NCBI GenBank assembly: GCA_016550395.1
Contig: JABXGY010000180.1
Location: forward strand, 1-32,924
Source of the DNA: an archaeon
GTDB taxonomy: Archaea > Asgardarchaeota > Hermodarchaeia > Hermodarchaeales > Hermodarchaeaceae
Reading direction: 5' to 3'
Length of the DNA: 32,924 nucleotides
Under the pieces are notes generated by a model. The model made no database searches. It was not told the origin of the DNA and saw nothing but the letters and a program-made list of their open reading frames with translations. Positions 1-8,763 of this stretch are shown here, one piece after another. How positions within the stretch are numbered: position 1 is the first letter of the stretch; every line of letters starts with the position of its first letter. The position numbers and the translations under genes are program-made.

Positions 1-311
1 ATAATCAGTTAAAATCAAACACTTCATGCATTCGATATACAAGGCATTTCGGAGCTAACGCCCTTGAATTGTGTTATGTGGCAGATGGCTCACTTGATGG
101 TTTCGTTGATCTCCGCGGAGTTTTCCGCGGAACCGACTTAGCGGCACCAGCTTTGATATTGAAAGAAGCAGGAGCAACATTAGTCAACCCCGAAGGATCA
201 GCTATTACCGGACCCTGCACAAATGATGCACGATATGCATACATTGCAGCCCGTGACACAGAATTTTCAACCCACCTATTAATGCTTATAGGAAAAACAA
301 AGATCAGCTAA
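1..311 (+). CDS. Inositol-monophosphatase / FBPase-family protein, C-terminal part (5' end outside window)
   Basis: Frame 3 is open from nt 3 to the TAA at 309-311. The translation IRYTRHFGANALELCYVADGSLDGFVDLRG...GTDLAAPALILKEAGA matches the conserved C-terminal half of the IMPase/SuhB fold (ALELCYVA-G block and the D-x-A-A metal-ligand block). The listed ATG at 69 is internal. Confidence 0.7.
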   Translation, partial: NQLKSNTSCIRYTRHFGANALELCYVADGSLDGFVDLRGVFRGTDLAAPALILKEAGATLVNPEGSAITGPCTNDARYAYIAARDTEFSTHLLMLIGKTKIS

Positions 312-330
312 ACATAGGGTGGTTTGTTTC

Positions 331-621
331 CTAGTCGTTAATTGTTTCAAGAATAGATACCGCGTTCCAAATACCTGTTCGCGCATGACTAGGACAATTC
401 GGATCAAGGGTAGCATCCCCAAGCCGAGAAATTGCATTGGATGCACGCACAGCTGCTGACCCAAGTTCACTATGAAGCAGGTCAATGGCTTCATTGGCTG
501 CTCGTCGGATATTCCGTGGGACAGTACTGTCTTCCCCAATCTGAGATAAGATCATCGTAGCCTGATCGATTTTTTGCATAGTTTCATCTGATACTTCTTC
601 TGATTTATTCGGATCAGCCAA
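331..621 (-). CDS. UPF0147-family small archaeal protein
   Basis: 96 aa. The blocks [57 protein letters not shown] are the two characteristic repeats of the archaeal UPF0147 family. Preferred over the overlapping ORF 279..539. Confidence 0.75.
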   Translation of the reverse strand: MADPNKSEEVSDETMQKIDQATMILSQIGEDSTVPRNIRRAANEAIDLLHSELGSAAVRASNAISRLGDATLDPNCPSHARTGIWNAVSILETIND

Positions 622-709
622 ATCTATTCCCCCCGGCGTATGCTTTTGGGATTGAGTTTTGGAGGTATCAAGATTACTTAAAAGCTTTTTTCACTGATAA
701 TTAGATTAT

Positions 710-1063
710 ATGTCAGATGAAAACGTAACAAAACGTATGGGACAATTGCTGAGAAAAGGAGCCGCGCTTTTGAGTACAGCCTGTCCAAAATGTAATACTC
801 CACTGCTACGACTAAAAGATGGAACGATGTATTGTGCTAAGTGTGACAAGCAAGTTGTAGAGCAACAAACTACTCCTTCAACGATTCAAGAAGGAGAGAG
901 AGGTGACGTCCTTAATCAACTTGCGACTAAGGTGCTTACCATCTTAGAAGATTATACTAGGTCTTTGCCCCAAAAACCACATCCAGAGGAAATTCGTACT
1001 TTCGCGGCAGTTGTGAAGGATTTAGTAGAGATTTTGCGTGGAATTAGAGCATTACAAAGTTAG
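710..1063 (+). CDS. UPF0148 / autoantigen-p27-like zinc-ribbon protein
   Basis: 117 aa. N-terminal LLRKGAALLSTACPKCNTPLLRLKDGTMYCAKCD is the CxxC...CxxC ribbon in the context typical of archaeal UPF0148 proteins. Divergent from the UPF0147 gene. Confidence 0.7.
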   Translation: MSDENVTKRMGQLLRKGAALLSTACPKCNTPLLRLKDGTMYCAKCDKQVVEQQTTPSTIQEGERGDVLNQLATKVLTILEDYTRSLPQKPHPEEIRTFAAVVKDLVEILRGIRALQS

Positions 1064-3351
1064 TTTTCAGGTTCATATTTGGTATCAAAGGCTTCCCGAA
1101 TTCTCTGAGCCTTAGTCTTTCCTATGCCGTGGACTTCAGAAAGTTGTTTAGGACTAGCATTGACAAGCGCAGCAATACTTTCAAAATGGGTTAAGAGACG
1201 TTTTGCTAGGGTCGTATTCACTCCAGGAAGGCTAGCCACAATATATTCTTGGAGAGTAGCCATGGTTAAAACCGGTTTTTTTCCACGGATACTCAAGGTG
1301 CGCCTTCGTGTACTTTGTTCTTGCCGAGCGATTGCAAAGAGAAGTGCAGCTGCCTCCTTAGGATTACGAACGTTTACTACTGGAACATTGAAGTCAATAA
1401 TTGCGGATGATAGTGCACCACGTATTGCAGCCGGGTTAATGGCGCTGGATCCATACAAACTTGAACCCGTAATTAGAAGAAGAGGAACTGGGAAACTTTC
1501 TTTTAATTGACTCAATTGCGTGAACAATCGTCGGTCGATTATTGATTGCGCGAAATCGTCTGATGTTTTTGCTTCGACAGCAACGCGATCCGAGAGGAGA
1601 TAGTCGCCGACTTCAAGTGATTCTATTTCAAGCTTTATGTCCAGTTCTTTCAAAGCCTTCGTAATCGCCGAACGAAGTTCTCGATTATCCACAATAATGG
1701 TGACAAGATCTTTATCTTGAGATGATTCACCCCTTGCCTGGGATTTCATAAACTCTTTCAACGTGGATTGTTTTCGTTCACGTTTAATTTCACGCGACAT
1801 CTCATTCATCTCCTTTAAGAGCTCTTTCATCTTTGCCTCACGGTGGATAGCCGCCCAATAGTATCCTTGATCACGTGTGCCCAAAGCAACAAGTACAATT
1901 ACACGACCTGGTTGAGTACGACCTGTGCGTCCACGCCGTTGGATTAGTCGTACTGCACTGGGAACTGCTTCATAAAAAATAACTAAGTCGCATTCTTGAA
2001 TGTCTAAGCCTTCCTCACCAACGCTAGTTGCTACCAAAATGTTGTAGGTCCCTTCCCGGAACAATTGGAGAATCTGACCTTGTTCTTTTTGTGTTAACCC
2101 CCGATCGTCTCTTCGACTGGCTTGCCCAATAAATCGTATTGGTCGCGAACTCGTTGAAGCTGAAAGGGTTGTTTCAAGGAGTTTTGCTGTGTCACGATAC
2201 CGTGTGAAGACCATAATTCGAGAACTTGGGTTGTTTTCCACCTGTTTCTTGACGATATTTACTAAGACTGTTAGCTTGGGATGTTCAACGCAATCGGCGG
2301 TTAATTCCTTTAGAATTTGCTGAGCCTCTGAGAAGTAGGGATCCTGTGCAAGTCCTTGAATCGCTTTTGAGGTTTTTCCACGCTGGGCTTCTTTTTGAAT
2401 TCCCTCCATATAACGATGAAGCGCAGTTACACCCTGAGTCTCTAATAATTCAACGCTGTGATAAAGTCGTAATAATGCAGCACAATGAGATACTAATTGA
2501 AATAAGTGGCTTGGTGGCGATGTTTCCACAGCTATACGTTGTTGAATATCCCGTTGTAATGTTAGAATCTCACGAATAGACACCCGTCGAGTATCACTGG
2601 TGTTAATGAACCCGGCTTCTTTTATTGGAACAAGACGGCTCTTAATGGCGCGTCTAAGTGCATCCCCAATTTGCTTGAATCGTTCAGGTAGTTTGACTTC
2701 TTGCCATTCGAACTCAAGTGGTGGAAGATAGGGCGCAACATCGGGGCTATCTCGTGTTCTTAATTCAATGTTCCTGATACCCAGATTGGTTATAATTTCG
2801 CGAATTTTTTGAATTTCAGAGCCTGGTGAAGCAGTTAATGCCAACAACAAAGGAAATTTCGATTGCTTCAGATATTGTCCTGCAATAAAGACATAGGCAT
2901 AATCACCAATAGCGCGATGTGCCTCATCAACAACTAATAATGATACATTCTCCAATCGATAACGTCCTGCCAATACATCATTTTGAAGAACCTGGGGAGT
3001 CATAAAAGCGAGCTGGAGTGTATCCCAGAGCTTCAAACGTTTAGCAGGAGTAAGTTCACCAGTAAGTATTTCCATTTTATCCAAAGGTAAGGTCATAAAA
3101 TCCTGAAAGGTTTTTAGATGTTGAAGAACAAGAGGTTTAGTCGGGGCAAGAATAACACATCTTGAATTAGGAAATCTTTGAATCTGGTATGCAGTGGCTA
3201 AAATTGCGATAACAGTTTTTCCGACCCCAGTCGGTAGTACAACCAACGTATTCCATTTGATTGCGGTGCCAATGATTGTTTCTTGATACAATCTCTTCAT
3301 GATAGAATTCGGTTTTATGAGTGGATGTTGGACAAATTCCGATCCGGACAT
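1060..3351 (-). CDS. hef: Hef (FANCM/XPF-like) helicase-nuclease: SF2 DEAH helicase + ERCC4 nuclease + (HhH)2
   Basis: 763 aa. Helicase motifs LPTGVGKT (I), VVDEAHRA (II), TASPG (III) and QRRGRTGR (VI). C-terminal ERCC4 block IIVDNRELRS...VGDYLLSDRVAVEAKTSDDF...RLFTQ. Terminal LPGVN...LSEVHGIGKTKAQRI helix-hairpin-helix pair. The stop overlaps the convergent UPF0148 stop (TTAG, 1060-1063). Confidence 0.9.
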   Translation of the reverse strand: MSGSEFVQHPLIKPNSIMKRLYQETIIGTAIKWNTLVVLPTGVGKTVIAILATAYQIQRFPNSRCVILAPTKPLVLQHLKTFQDFMTLPLDKMEILTGELTPAKRLKLWDTLQLAFMTPQVLQNDVLAGRYRLENVSLLVVDEAHRAIGDYAYVFIAGQYLKQSKFPLLLALTASPGSEIQKIREIITNLGIRNIELRTRDSPDVAPYLPPLEFEWQEVKLPERFKQIGDALRRAIKSRLVPIKEAGFINTSDTRRVSIREILTLQRDIQQRIAVETSPPSHLFQLVSHCAALLRLYHSVELLETQGVTALHRYMEGIQKEAQRGKTSKAIQGLAQDPYFSEAQQILKELTADCVEHPKLTVLVNIVKKQVENNPSSRIMVFTRYRDTAKLLETTLSASTSSRPIRFIGQASRRDDRGLTQKEQGQILQLFREGTYNILVATSVGEEGLDIQECDLVIFYEAVPSAVRLIQRRGRTGRTQPGRVIVLVALGTRDQGYYWAAIHREAKMKELLKEMNEMSREIKRERKQSTLKEFMKSQARGESSQDKDLVTIIVDNRELRSAITKALKELDIKLEIESLEVGDYLLSDRVAVEAKTSDDFAQSIIDRRLFTQLSQLKESFPVPLLLITGSSLYGSSAINPAAIRGALSSAIIDFNVPVVNVRNPKEAAALLFAIARQEQSTRRRTLSIRGKKPVLTMATLQEYIVASLPGVNTTLAKRLLTHFESIAALVNASPKQLSEVHGIGKTKAQRIREAFDTKYEPEN

Positions 3352-3468
3352 GCTAATCGCAGCACAGTTTTGTTTGGCTATACCAGGATTTTGCCTGAAA
3401 TCCTTTTATTACCCGCATTTATATTACACTATATTCCAGGTCTTTATGGTATATGGAGTGTGTAGGTT

Positions 3469-3801
3469 ATGTCGAAATCCGGTGTCCCATCCATGGCTGA
3501 GGCTGAAGTTTATGAATTACAGATGCCTGGTCATATTGTTGGAAAGGAAGTTATTGATGGGAGTGCACGGCGCATCGGTATTGTCCGAAGTCTTCGAATA
3601 ACACTTCCTCCAGGTAAAGTGGAATTGCAGGTCAAGGGCCTGGGTGTGGAGCTTCCTGTTGATGTCACAAATATTTCAGCTGTTGGGAACGTAATTCAAT
3701 TGTCTAATACCGTGAAAGAAGCCGAGGAGATTTCCATTGCGGATGTGCAACGCTTACGAGAAGAAACATGGAAAGAGGTTCAAGGGCTCATTATTCGCTA
3801 G
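3469..3801 (+). CDS. PRC-barrel domain protein
   Basis: 110 aa. GKEVIDGSARRIGIVRSLRI...VELQVKG...PVDVTNISAVGNVIQL follows the archaeal PRC-barrel pattern (GxxVxDxxGxxIGxV ... I..VGD.I.L). Confidence 0.6.
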   Translation: MSKSGVPSMAEAEVYELQMPGHIVGKEVIDGSARRIGIVRSLRITLPPGKVELQVKGLGVELPVDVTNISAVGNVIQLSNTVKEAEEISIADVQRLREETWKEVQGLIIR

Positions 3802-3876
3802 AACTAGTTTGTTGTAGAAAAACAAGAGATTTTATCTTACTTTTTAGAACCGTTTGACCGGCAGGGTTCGATTAGT

Positions 3877-5808
3877 GTGAAAAAAAAGAAGCCATATCTG
3901 GGACCGCTATTACTAGCTTGGTGTGATCAGTGTAATGTTCCATTAGTTAAAAGAGTGCGTTGTAGCCGTTGTGGCGGACAAACTAGACCAGTTAATGTAA
4001 CTCCACCAGGCGACGCCAGACCCGCCTTTGAAACGGATCGCAAGCAAATTATTAATTCAATCTCGAAACAATATGACCGGAAAGTAGCTGAACAGCTTGT
4101 TCCTTCAGACAAAATCATTCTTCTTAACTCAATTCCGGACATTGACTGTTGTGAAGAAGTTATTGTGGACGGTCAGATTATCGGGCTTCATCGCTTTCGG
4201 ATTGAAACCCTGTCTTGGGAATTCGTCCCCAAATTAGAAGGAGCTCGTCGACTCGTTCAACTGACCATGAATAAGCAAGTTGTTATCGAGGATTCCGCTG
4301 TTAAATTCATTGTCGGGGGGGCGAATCTTCTTCGACCAGGCGTTAAAACTGCCGATTCTACGATTAGCACTGGAGATTATGTAATTGGTGTTACTGAACA
4401 AGGAGATGTAATTCTTGTAGGAATTGCTGCTATGACTGGTAAAGATATGCAACGCCAAGGTTATGGAATGGCTATCAAAAAGCGCTATAAGAGTGAGCCA
4501 ATTCCAGCACGTATTCTACCTGGAAGACAAACTTGGAAAGACGTATTAGAAGCCAACAAGGATATTCTTAATCGCTTAGAAGAAGAAGCAATCGCTTTTA
4601 TCCAAAAAACTGCTCAAGAGTATCATCTTCCCAAGATTGTAGCATTTTCTGGTGGTAAAGACAGTTTAGCTGTTCTTGTATTAGCACAAAAGGCTCTCCC
4701 AAATCAATCATTTCATGTCATGTTTATCGATACCGGCATTGAATTTCCCGAAACTGTTGATAATGTGAATGCAACAGTAGCACGATTTAATTTAGAAAAT
4801 CAGTTGCTTGTGAAGAGTGTTGACAAGGACCAATTTTTCCGAGTGCTTGATTTGTATGGTTTTGTAGCCCGAGATTATCGAGTCTGCTGTAAAACCCTTA
4901 AACTTGGACCCACAAGCCAACTCATTGAGGAACATTTTCCTGATGGATGTTTAAGTTTCATTGGTCAACGACGTTATGAATCTCATCGGCGTTCAGCTAG
5001 CAGACGAATTTGGAAAAATCCGTGGGTGCCAAAACAAATTGGAGCTAGTCCAATTCACAATTGGACTGCAATGATGATTTGGCTTTACATTTTCCAAGAA
5101 CCTGTAAGTTATAACCCGTTATACGAAAAAGGGTTTGAAAGACTTGGATGCATGTTTTGCCCCGCCTCAACTATGAGCGAGTTAATGGTCATTGCTGATC
5201 ATTGTCCTTTAGAATGGCAACGTTGGCAATCTAATGCTGAAAAAGTTGCTAAAAAATATGGGATGAGCGAGAAATATTTGACTCATGGATTCTGGCGTTG
5301 GAAAACTCATCCACTTAAAATCCGAGAGTTAGCGCAGAAAATGGAGATTGAGTTGCCCTCAATAGATCCAAATCGTACAGGAGAAACCCTCTCATTTGTT
5401 TTAGAATCCAAAGATCAACATGAGAAGGATTTGATTAAAGGAGAATTCAATGAACCTATAGATTTGAATCGAGCCGTAGCCTTTCTTCCAGCATTGGGCA
5501 AAGTAATATTAGATTTAGAACGGAATATGATTGAACTTTCAATCACAAAGAAAGATGAACAAATCAAAGCCTATCTCTTCGAAAGTGGTCATTTTTCCTT
5601 ATCAGGTCCCGTTATGAAGAAAGATGCTGTTAAATTTGCTCGAACCGTTCTCCGAGGTTTGCTTTGTACTGCCTGTGGCACATGCCAGTCTCTATGTGCA
5701 AATGGCGCGATATCAATAGATACGAGTCAAGGGCGAATTATTGAAGAGAAGTGTATACAATGCGAAGACTGCCTTCGTGGTAAATGTCCTTCATTATACG
5801 CATATTAA
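3877..5808 (+). CDS. Zn-ribbon + PUA + PAPS-reductase-family PP-loop ATP pyrophosphatase + C-terminal 2x[4Fe-4S] ferredoxin-like domain
   Basis: 643 aa with a GTG start. The N-terminus has CDQC...CSRCG. A PUA-like segment (VKFIVGGANLLRPGV...GDYVIGV) follows. PP-loop motif AFSGGKDSLAVL, then PAPS-reductase blocks FIDTGIEFPET, CCKTLKLGP, GQRRYESHRR, NPLYEKGFERLGCMFCP. C-terminal CTACGTCQSLC and CIQCEDCLRGKCP. Confidence 0.8.
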   Translation: MKKKKPYLGPLLLAWCDQCNVPLVKRVRCSRCGGQTRPVNVTPPGDARPAFETDRKQIINSISKQYDRKVAEQLVPSDKIILLNSIPDIDCCEEVIVDGQIIGLHRFRIETLSWEFVPKLEGARRLVQLTMNKQVVIEDSAVKFIVGGANLLRPGVKTADSTISTGDYVIGVTEQGDVILVGIAAMTGKDMQRQGYGMAIKKRYKSEPIPARILPGRQTWKDVLEANKDILNRLEEEAIAFIQKTAQEYHLPKIVAFSGGKDSLAVLVLAQKALPNQSFHVMFIDTGIEFPETVDNVNATVARFNLENQLLVKSVDKDQFFRVLDLYGFVARDYRVCCKTLKLGPTSQLIEEHFPDGCLSFIGQRRYESHRRSASRRIWKNPWVPKQIGASPIHNWTAMMIWLYIFQEPVSYNPLYEKGFERLGCMFCPASTMSELMVIADHCPLEWQRWQSNAEKVAKKYGMSEKYLTHGFWRWKTHPLKIRELAQKMEIELPSIDPNRTGETLSFVLESKDQHEKDLIKGEFNEPIDLNRAVAFLPALGKVILDLERNMIELSITKKDEQIKAYLFESGHFSLSGPVMKKDAVKFARTVLRGLLCTACGTCQSLCANGAISIDTSQGRIIEEKCIQCEDCLRGKCPSLYAY

Positions 5809-5913
5809 AGTAGCCGATTCAAATCGTTTTTACCTGTAAATTACAAGAAAAACTTTTCAAGAACCACTTAGGATGAGTAACTTCCCTTTAGAATTCCTGA
5901 TGAGCGATATACC

Positions 5914-7797
5914 ATGAGCGAGGATGTCCAGAGCACGATTTCGCTTTACAAACGGCTCTTTAGTTTGCCGAGGAACCGTACGCAAATTATAATAATATTC
6001 GGGGCATCACTTCTTGTTGGTGGCCTAACAGAGCTTCTCCGATACCTTGGTGGCAGCCCATTTACTGGCATGGTGTTTCTGAGAGGGGCAATCCGTGGGT
6101 TGATAATCACAATACCTGCAGCGCTGCTAACTTTGCTTGCTTTCCGTCTTGGTACACGCAAGGGAACTATTTTGAATTGGCATCGACTCCTTGGAGTCGT
6201 AACAACAGCGGTCATAGTTCTCTTACTTATCTGGTTTCTTTCAACACTTATTGGATGGACAATTGAGATTATTTTCAAGCTTCAATATGGTCCTCTAGCA
6301 GGTGGAGGGATTGCGACAACATTCTACCTTCGAAATCTGATCCTAGCGGCTGCGTTTACATCAGCGATTTTGCTCCTTATCGTGTTAAGCACAAGTCGTG
6401 TTGGCGTTACAGGCGGAATCCTTCTCACACTTGTCTTTCCCACAACTGCCATGGTGATGTACGTTTTAACAGAACCTGTCCCGACACAATGGATTTTCCT
6501 TATAATTTATTTTCTCTGTACTTTGACATTTATTAGTGGCTCAGGGATTTTGCTTAATGCAGTCGGACACCCATTGAAAAAAGCCTTCAGTGTTGATGGG
6601 ATTCAGATGTTCAGGGGATTCCTTGAAGTTTGGATGGAAGACAGAGCAGATCTTATGGAAGAAAGCCTTACCCAGATAGGGCAGGAGAAAATCTTACCGT
6701 TATCGGTTATGAAATTTAGTACTAACACCAAGGATCCATTATTGGTAACAGTCATTCCGGGAGCCCACCCGGGTCCGTTTAAAAACACGGGTAGCAGCGC
6801 ACTGTCTACCCGAATTGGTGAATGGGGACGAACAACATTGAATTCAATTGCCTGTTCGCCACACAGTGCCTCTACTCATGATTTGAACCTCGTCTCAAAG
6901 AACGAAGTCGAACGATTCATGAATATGGTTCAGACCGCTTATGAACAAACGAGGCCCATTCCGGATGTGAGTCAATTTTGTCGAGCAACTTCAGGAACAA
7001 TACATGTCGGTTGTCAAGTTTTTGGAGATACAGCGGTTCTCCTGTTAACTCGTTCTCCCATCGAAATGGATGACATTAGCTTAGCTGTAGCGGAGCAAAT
7101 TACATCGGAATTGAAGAGCCTAATAAAACGGTGTATCATAATTGATACGCATAATTGTATGAGTGCGCTCAAAGAATCAGTATATGAAGGATCTGAGTTA
7201 ATTCCTGACATGATTACCGCTGCAAAAACCGCTATTCGTGAAGCATTAAAAACTACACGGGGTAAACCTGAGATAGGAGTTGCCCAAAGAACAGAGACGG
7301 GGTATAAGGAAGTCGAAGGAATGGGCTCAGAAGGGATTACAGTTTCGATTATTGAAGTGGCAGGTCAAAAGATGGCTTATGTCTTCCTCGATGGAAATAA
7401 CATGGTAGTGGGATTACGAGAAAAAATTGTCAACGCTCTTGTTCCACAACATGTTGACGCTGCAGAAATCATGACTTCTGATACCCACCAAACCGCTGCA
7501 ATATCTGCCTCTAATGGGTATAGTCCCATAGGAGAACTAATATCCCACGAGGACCTGACAAACCAAATTATCGAACTTGTAAGCGAAGCGACCACGAAAG
7601 TTGAGCCGGGAAATGTGGCACTTTACCAAGGAACCACTGAACCCCTTGTAGTAATGGGTGAAGGAACTGTTGATAAGTTAACAAGCCTTATTCCTGTTTC
7701 AGCAAGCGTTGCAAAAAGGTGGGGAATTATCATCTATGCAGTTGCGTTCATCATTTCCCTCATCTTACTTCTCTTCGTTCTCCCACTTCCCATCTGA
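5914..7797 (+). CDS. Polytopic membrane protein with large soluble C-terminal domain (DUF2070-like, archaeal)
   Basis: 627 aa. About 6-7 hydrophobic helices in the first ~220 aa, then a ~370-aa soluble region and one terminal TM (IIIYAVAFIISLILLLFVL). The size and layout fit my recollection of the archaeal DUF2070 family; this is not verified. Confidence 0.55.
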   Translation: MSEDVQSTISLYKRLFSLPRNRTQIIIIFGASLLVGGLTELLRYLGGSPFTGMVFLRGAIRGLIITIPAALLTLLAFRLGTRKGTILNWHRLLGVVTTAVIVLLLIWFLSTLIGWTIEIIFKLQYGPLAGGGIATTFYLRNLILAAAFTSAILLLIVLSTSRVGVTGGILLTLVFPTTAMVMYVLTEPVPTQWIFLIIYFLCTLTFISGSGILLNAVGHPLKKAFSVDGIQMFRGFLEVWMEDRADLMEESLTQIGQEKILPLSVMKFSTNTKDPLLVTVIPGAHPGPFKNTGSSALSTRIGEWGRTTLNSIACSPHSASTHDLNLVSKNEVERFMNMVQTAYEQTRPIPDVSQFCRATSGTIHVGCQVFGDTAVLLLTRSPIEMDDISLAVAEQITSELKSLIKRCIIIDTHNCMSALKESVYEGSELIPDMITAAKTAIREALKTTRGKPEIGVAQRTETGYKEVEGMGSEGITVSIIEVAGQKMAYVFLDGNNMVVGLREKIVNALVPQHVDAAEIMTSDTHQTAAISASNGYSPIGELISHEDLTNQIIELVSEATTKVEPGNVALYQGTTEPLVVMGEGTVDKLTSLIPVSASVAKRWGIIIYAVAFIISLILLLFVLPLPI

Positions 7798-7868
7798 AAT
7801 TAGAGGTTCATAATCCTTTTTAGATGAGTGTGATTCTGTAACGATATCCAATTTGGGCGGATTCAATT

Positions 7869-8441
7869 ATGAATTTGTTTGAGATTCGTTTTCATGGTCG
7901 TGGTGGTCAAGGTGCTGTGACTGGGGCAAAAATTCTAGGTGATGCCACTCGGCTGGAAAACAAACACTTTCAAGCCTTTGCCCATTACGGGGCTGAAAGA
8001 CGTGGTGCCCCAGTGATGGCCTTCACACGTGTTGCTGACGAAGCTATCCGCATCCATAGTTACATCTACGACCCAGAAACTATAGTTATTCTGGATGAAA
8101 CACTCCTCGACATTCCTAGTGTCCAAGAAGGGATGAACGAAGATACCTTTGTCGTTATTAACACCCCTCAAGCCCCACAAGATATTAAGCTCAAGGTAAA
8201 GCCAAAAATTTCTACAGTTGATGCAACAAAAATTGCACTCGATGTGGGGATTTTAGTTGCGGGTATTGCTGTGGTTAACACAATTATGTTGGGAGCTGTG
8301 GTTCGAGCCACAAACATTGTTACAATTGAAAGTGTGAAGAAGGCCATTCGTAAAGGTCTAGCAGAACTTCCAGAGAAAGTTATTGAAACTAATGTTGAAG
8401 CCGCTCAACGCGCATACAATGAACTCCAAATGGGGTATTAA
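7869..8441 (+). CDS. porC: Pyruvate/2-oxoacid:ferredoxin oxidoreductase, gamma subunit
   Basis: 190 aa. EIRFHGRGGQGAVTGAKILG is the N-terminal signature of POR/VOR gamma. First gene of a gamma-delta-alpha-beta operon with 2-14 nt spacers. Confidence 0.9.
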   Translation: MNLFEIRFHGRGGQGAVTGAKILGDATRLENKHFQAFAHYGAERRGAPVMAFTRVADEAIRIHSYIYDPETIVILDETLLDIPSVQEGMNEDTFVVINTPQAPQDIKLKVKPKISTVDATKIALDVGILVAGIAVVNTIMLGAVVRATNIVTIESVKKAIRKGLAELPEKVIETNVEAAQRAYNELQMGY

Positions 8442-8443
8442 TT

Positions 8444-8749
8444 ATGACGCCACTTAAACGAAACCCACCAAATCGACGGTTTACCTGTATTACCTATCCT
8501 GAAGCAGGAGCAATGGGCCTGACAGGTGATTGGCGTATATTTCGCCCAGTTGTGGACAAGGAAAAATGTACTGGTTGCCAAATCTGTTGGATGTATTGTC
8601 CTGATACTGCGATTACTATGGATGAAAACAATAAGCCAGTCTTCAATCTCGAATACTGCAAGGGTTGTATGATTTGTGAAACAAATTGTCCAGTCAAGGC
8701 AATCAGTCGTGTGCGCGAAACTGAAGCAGAAGCCGCCATGGAGAAATAA
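8444..8749 (+). CDS. porD: Pyruvate/2-oxoacid:ferredoxin oxidoreductase, delta subunit (2x[4Fe-4S])
   Basis: 101 aa. GDWRIFRPVVDKEKCTGCQICWMYCPD and CKGCMICETNCP are two CxxCxxCxxxCP motifs. Confidence 0.9.
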   Translation: MTPLKRNPPNRRFTCITYPEAGAMGLTGDWRIFRPVVDKEKCTGCQICWMYCPDTAITMDENNKPVFNLEYCKGCMICETNCPVKAISRVRETEAEAAMEK

Positions 8750-8763
8750 GCAGGGTAAGAAAA

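Noticed and set aside
279-539. 86-aa minus-strand ORF overlapping the UPF0147 gene in another frame
   Set aside because: The 331..621 frame carries the recognisable UPF0147 repeats. This frame has no motif and has a Cys/Leu-rich shadow composition.
1124-1510. 128-aa plus-strand ORF, and similar ORFs at 2346..2579, 3927..4142, 4234..4458, 5946..6278, 6603..6788, 7014..7211, 7377..7595, 7935..8180, 8494..8739, 9424..9876, 9479..9871, 9996..10235, 10289..10627
   Set aside because: All lie entirely inside, mostly antisense to, long ORFs with unmistakable family motifs (Hef, the PUA/PP-loop protein, the DUF2070-like protein, the POR subunits). Their translations are low-complexity or Arg/Ser/Leu-rich shadow frames.
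3283-3601. ORFs of 60 and 100 aa (3283..3465, 3299..3601) spanning the hef / PRC-barrel divergent intergenic region
   Set aside because: They overlap the hef start and the PRC-barrel gene, have an odd composition (Cys/Phe/Tyr-rich), and the region is better explained as a divergent promoter spacer.
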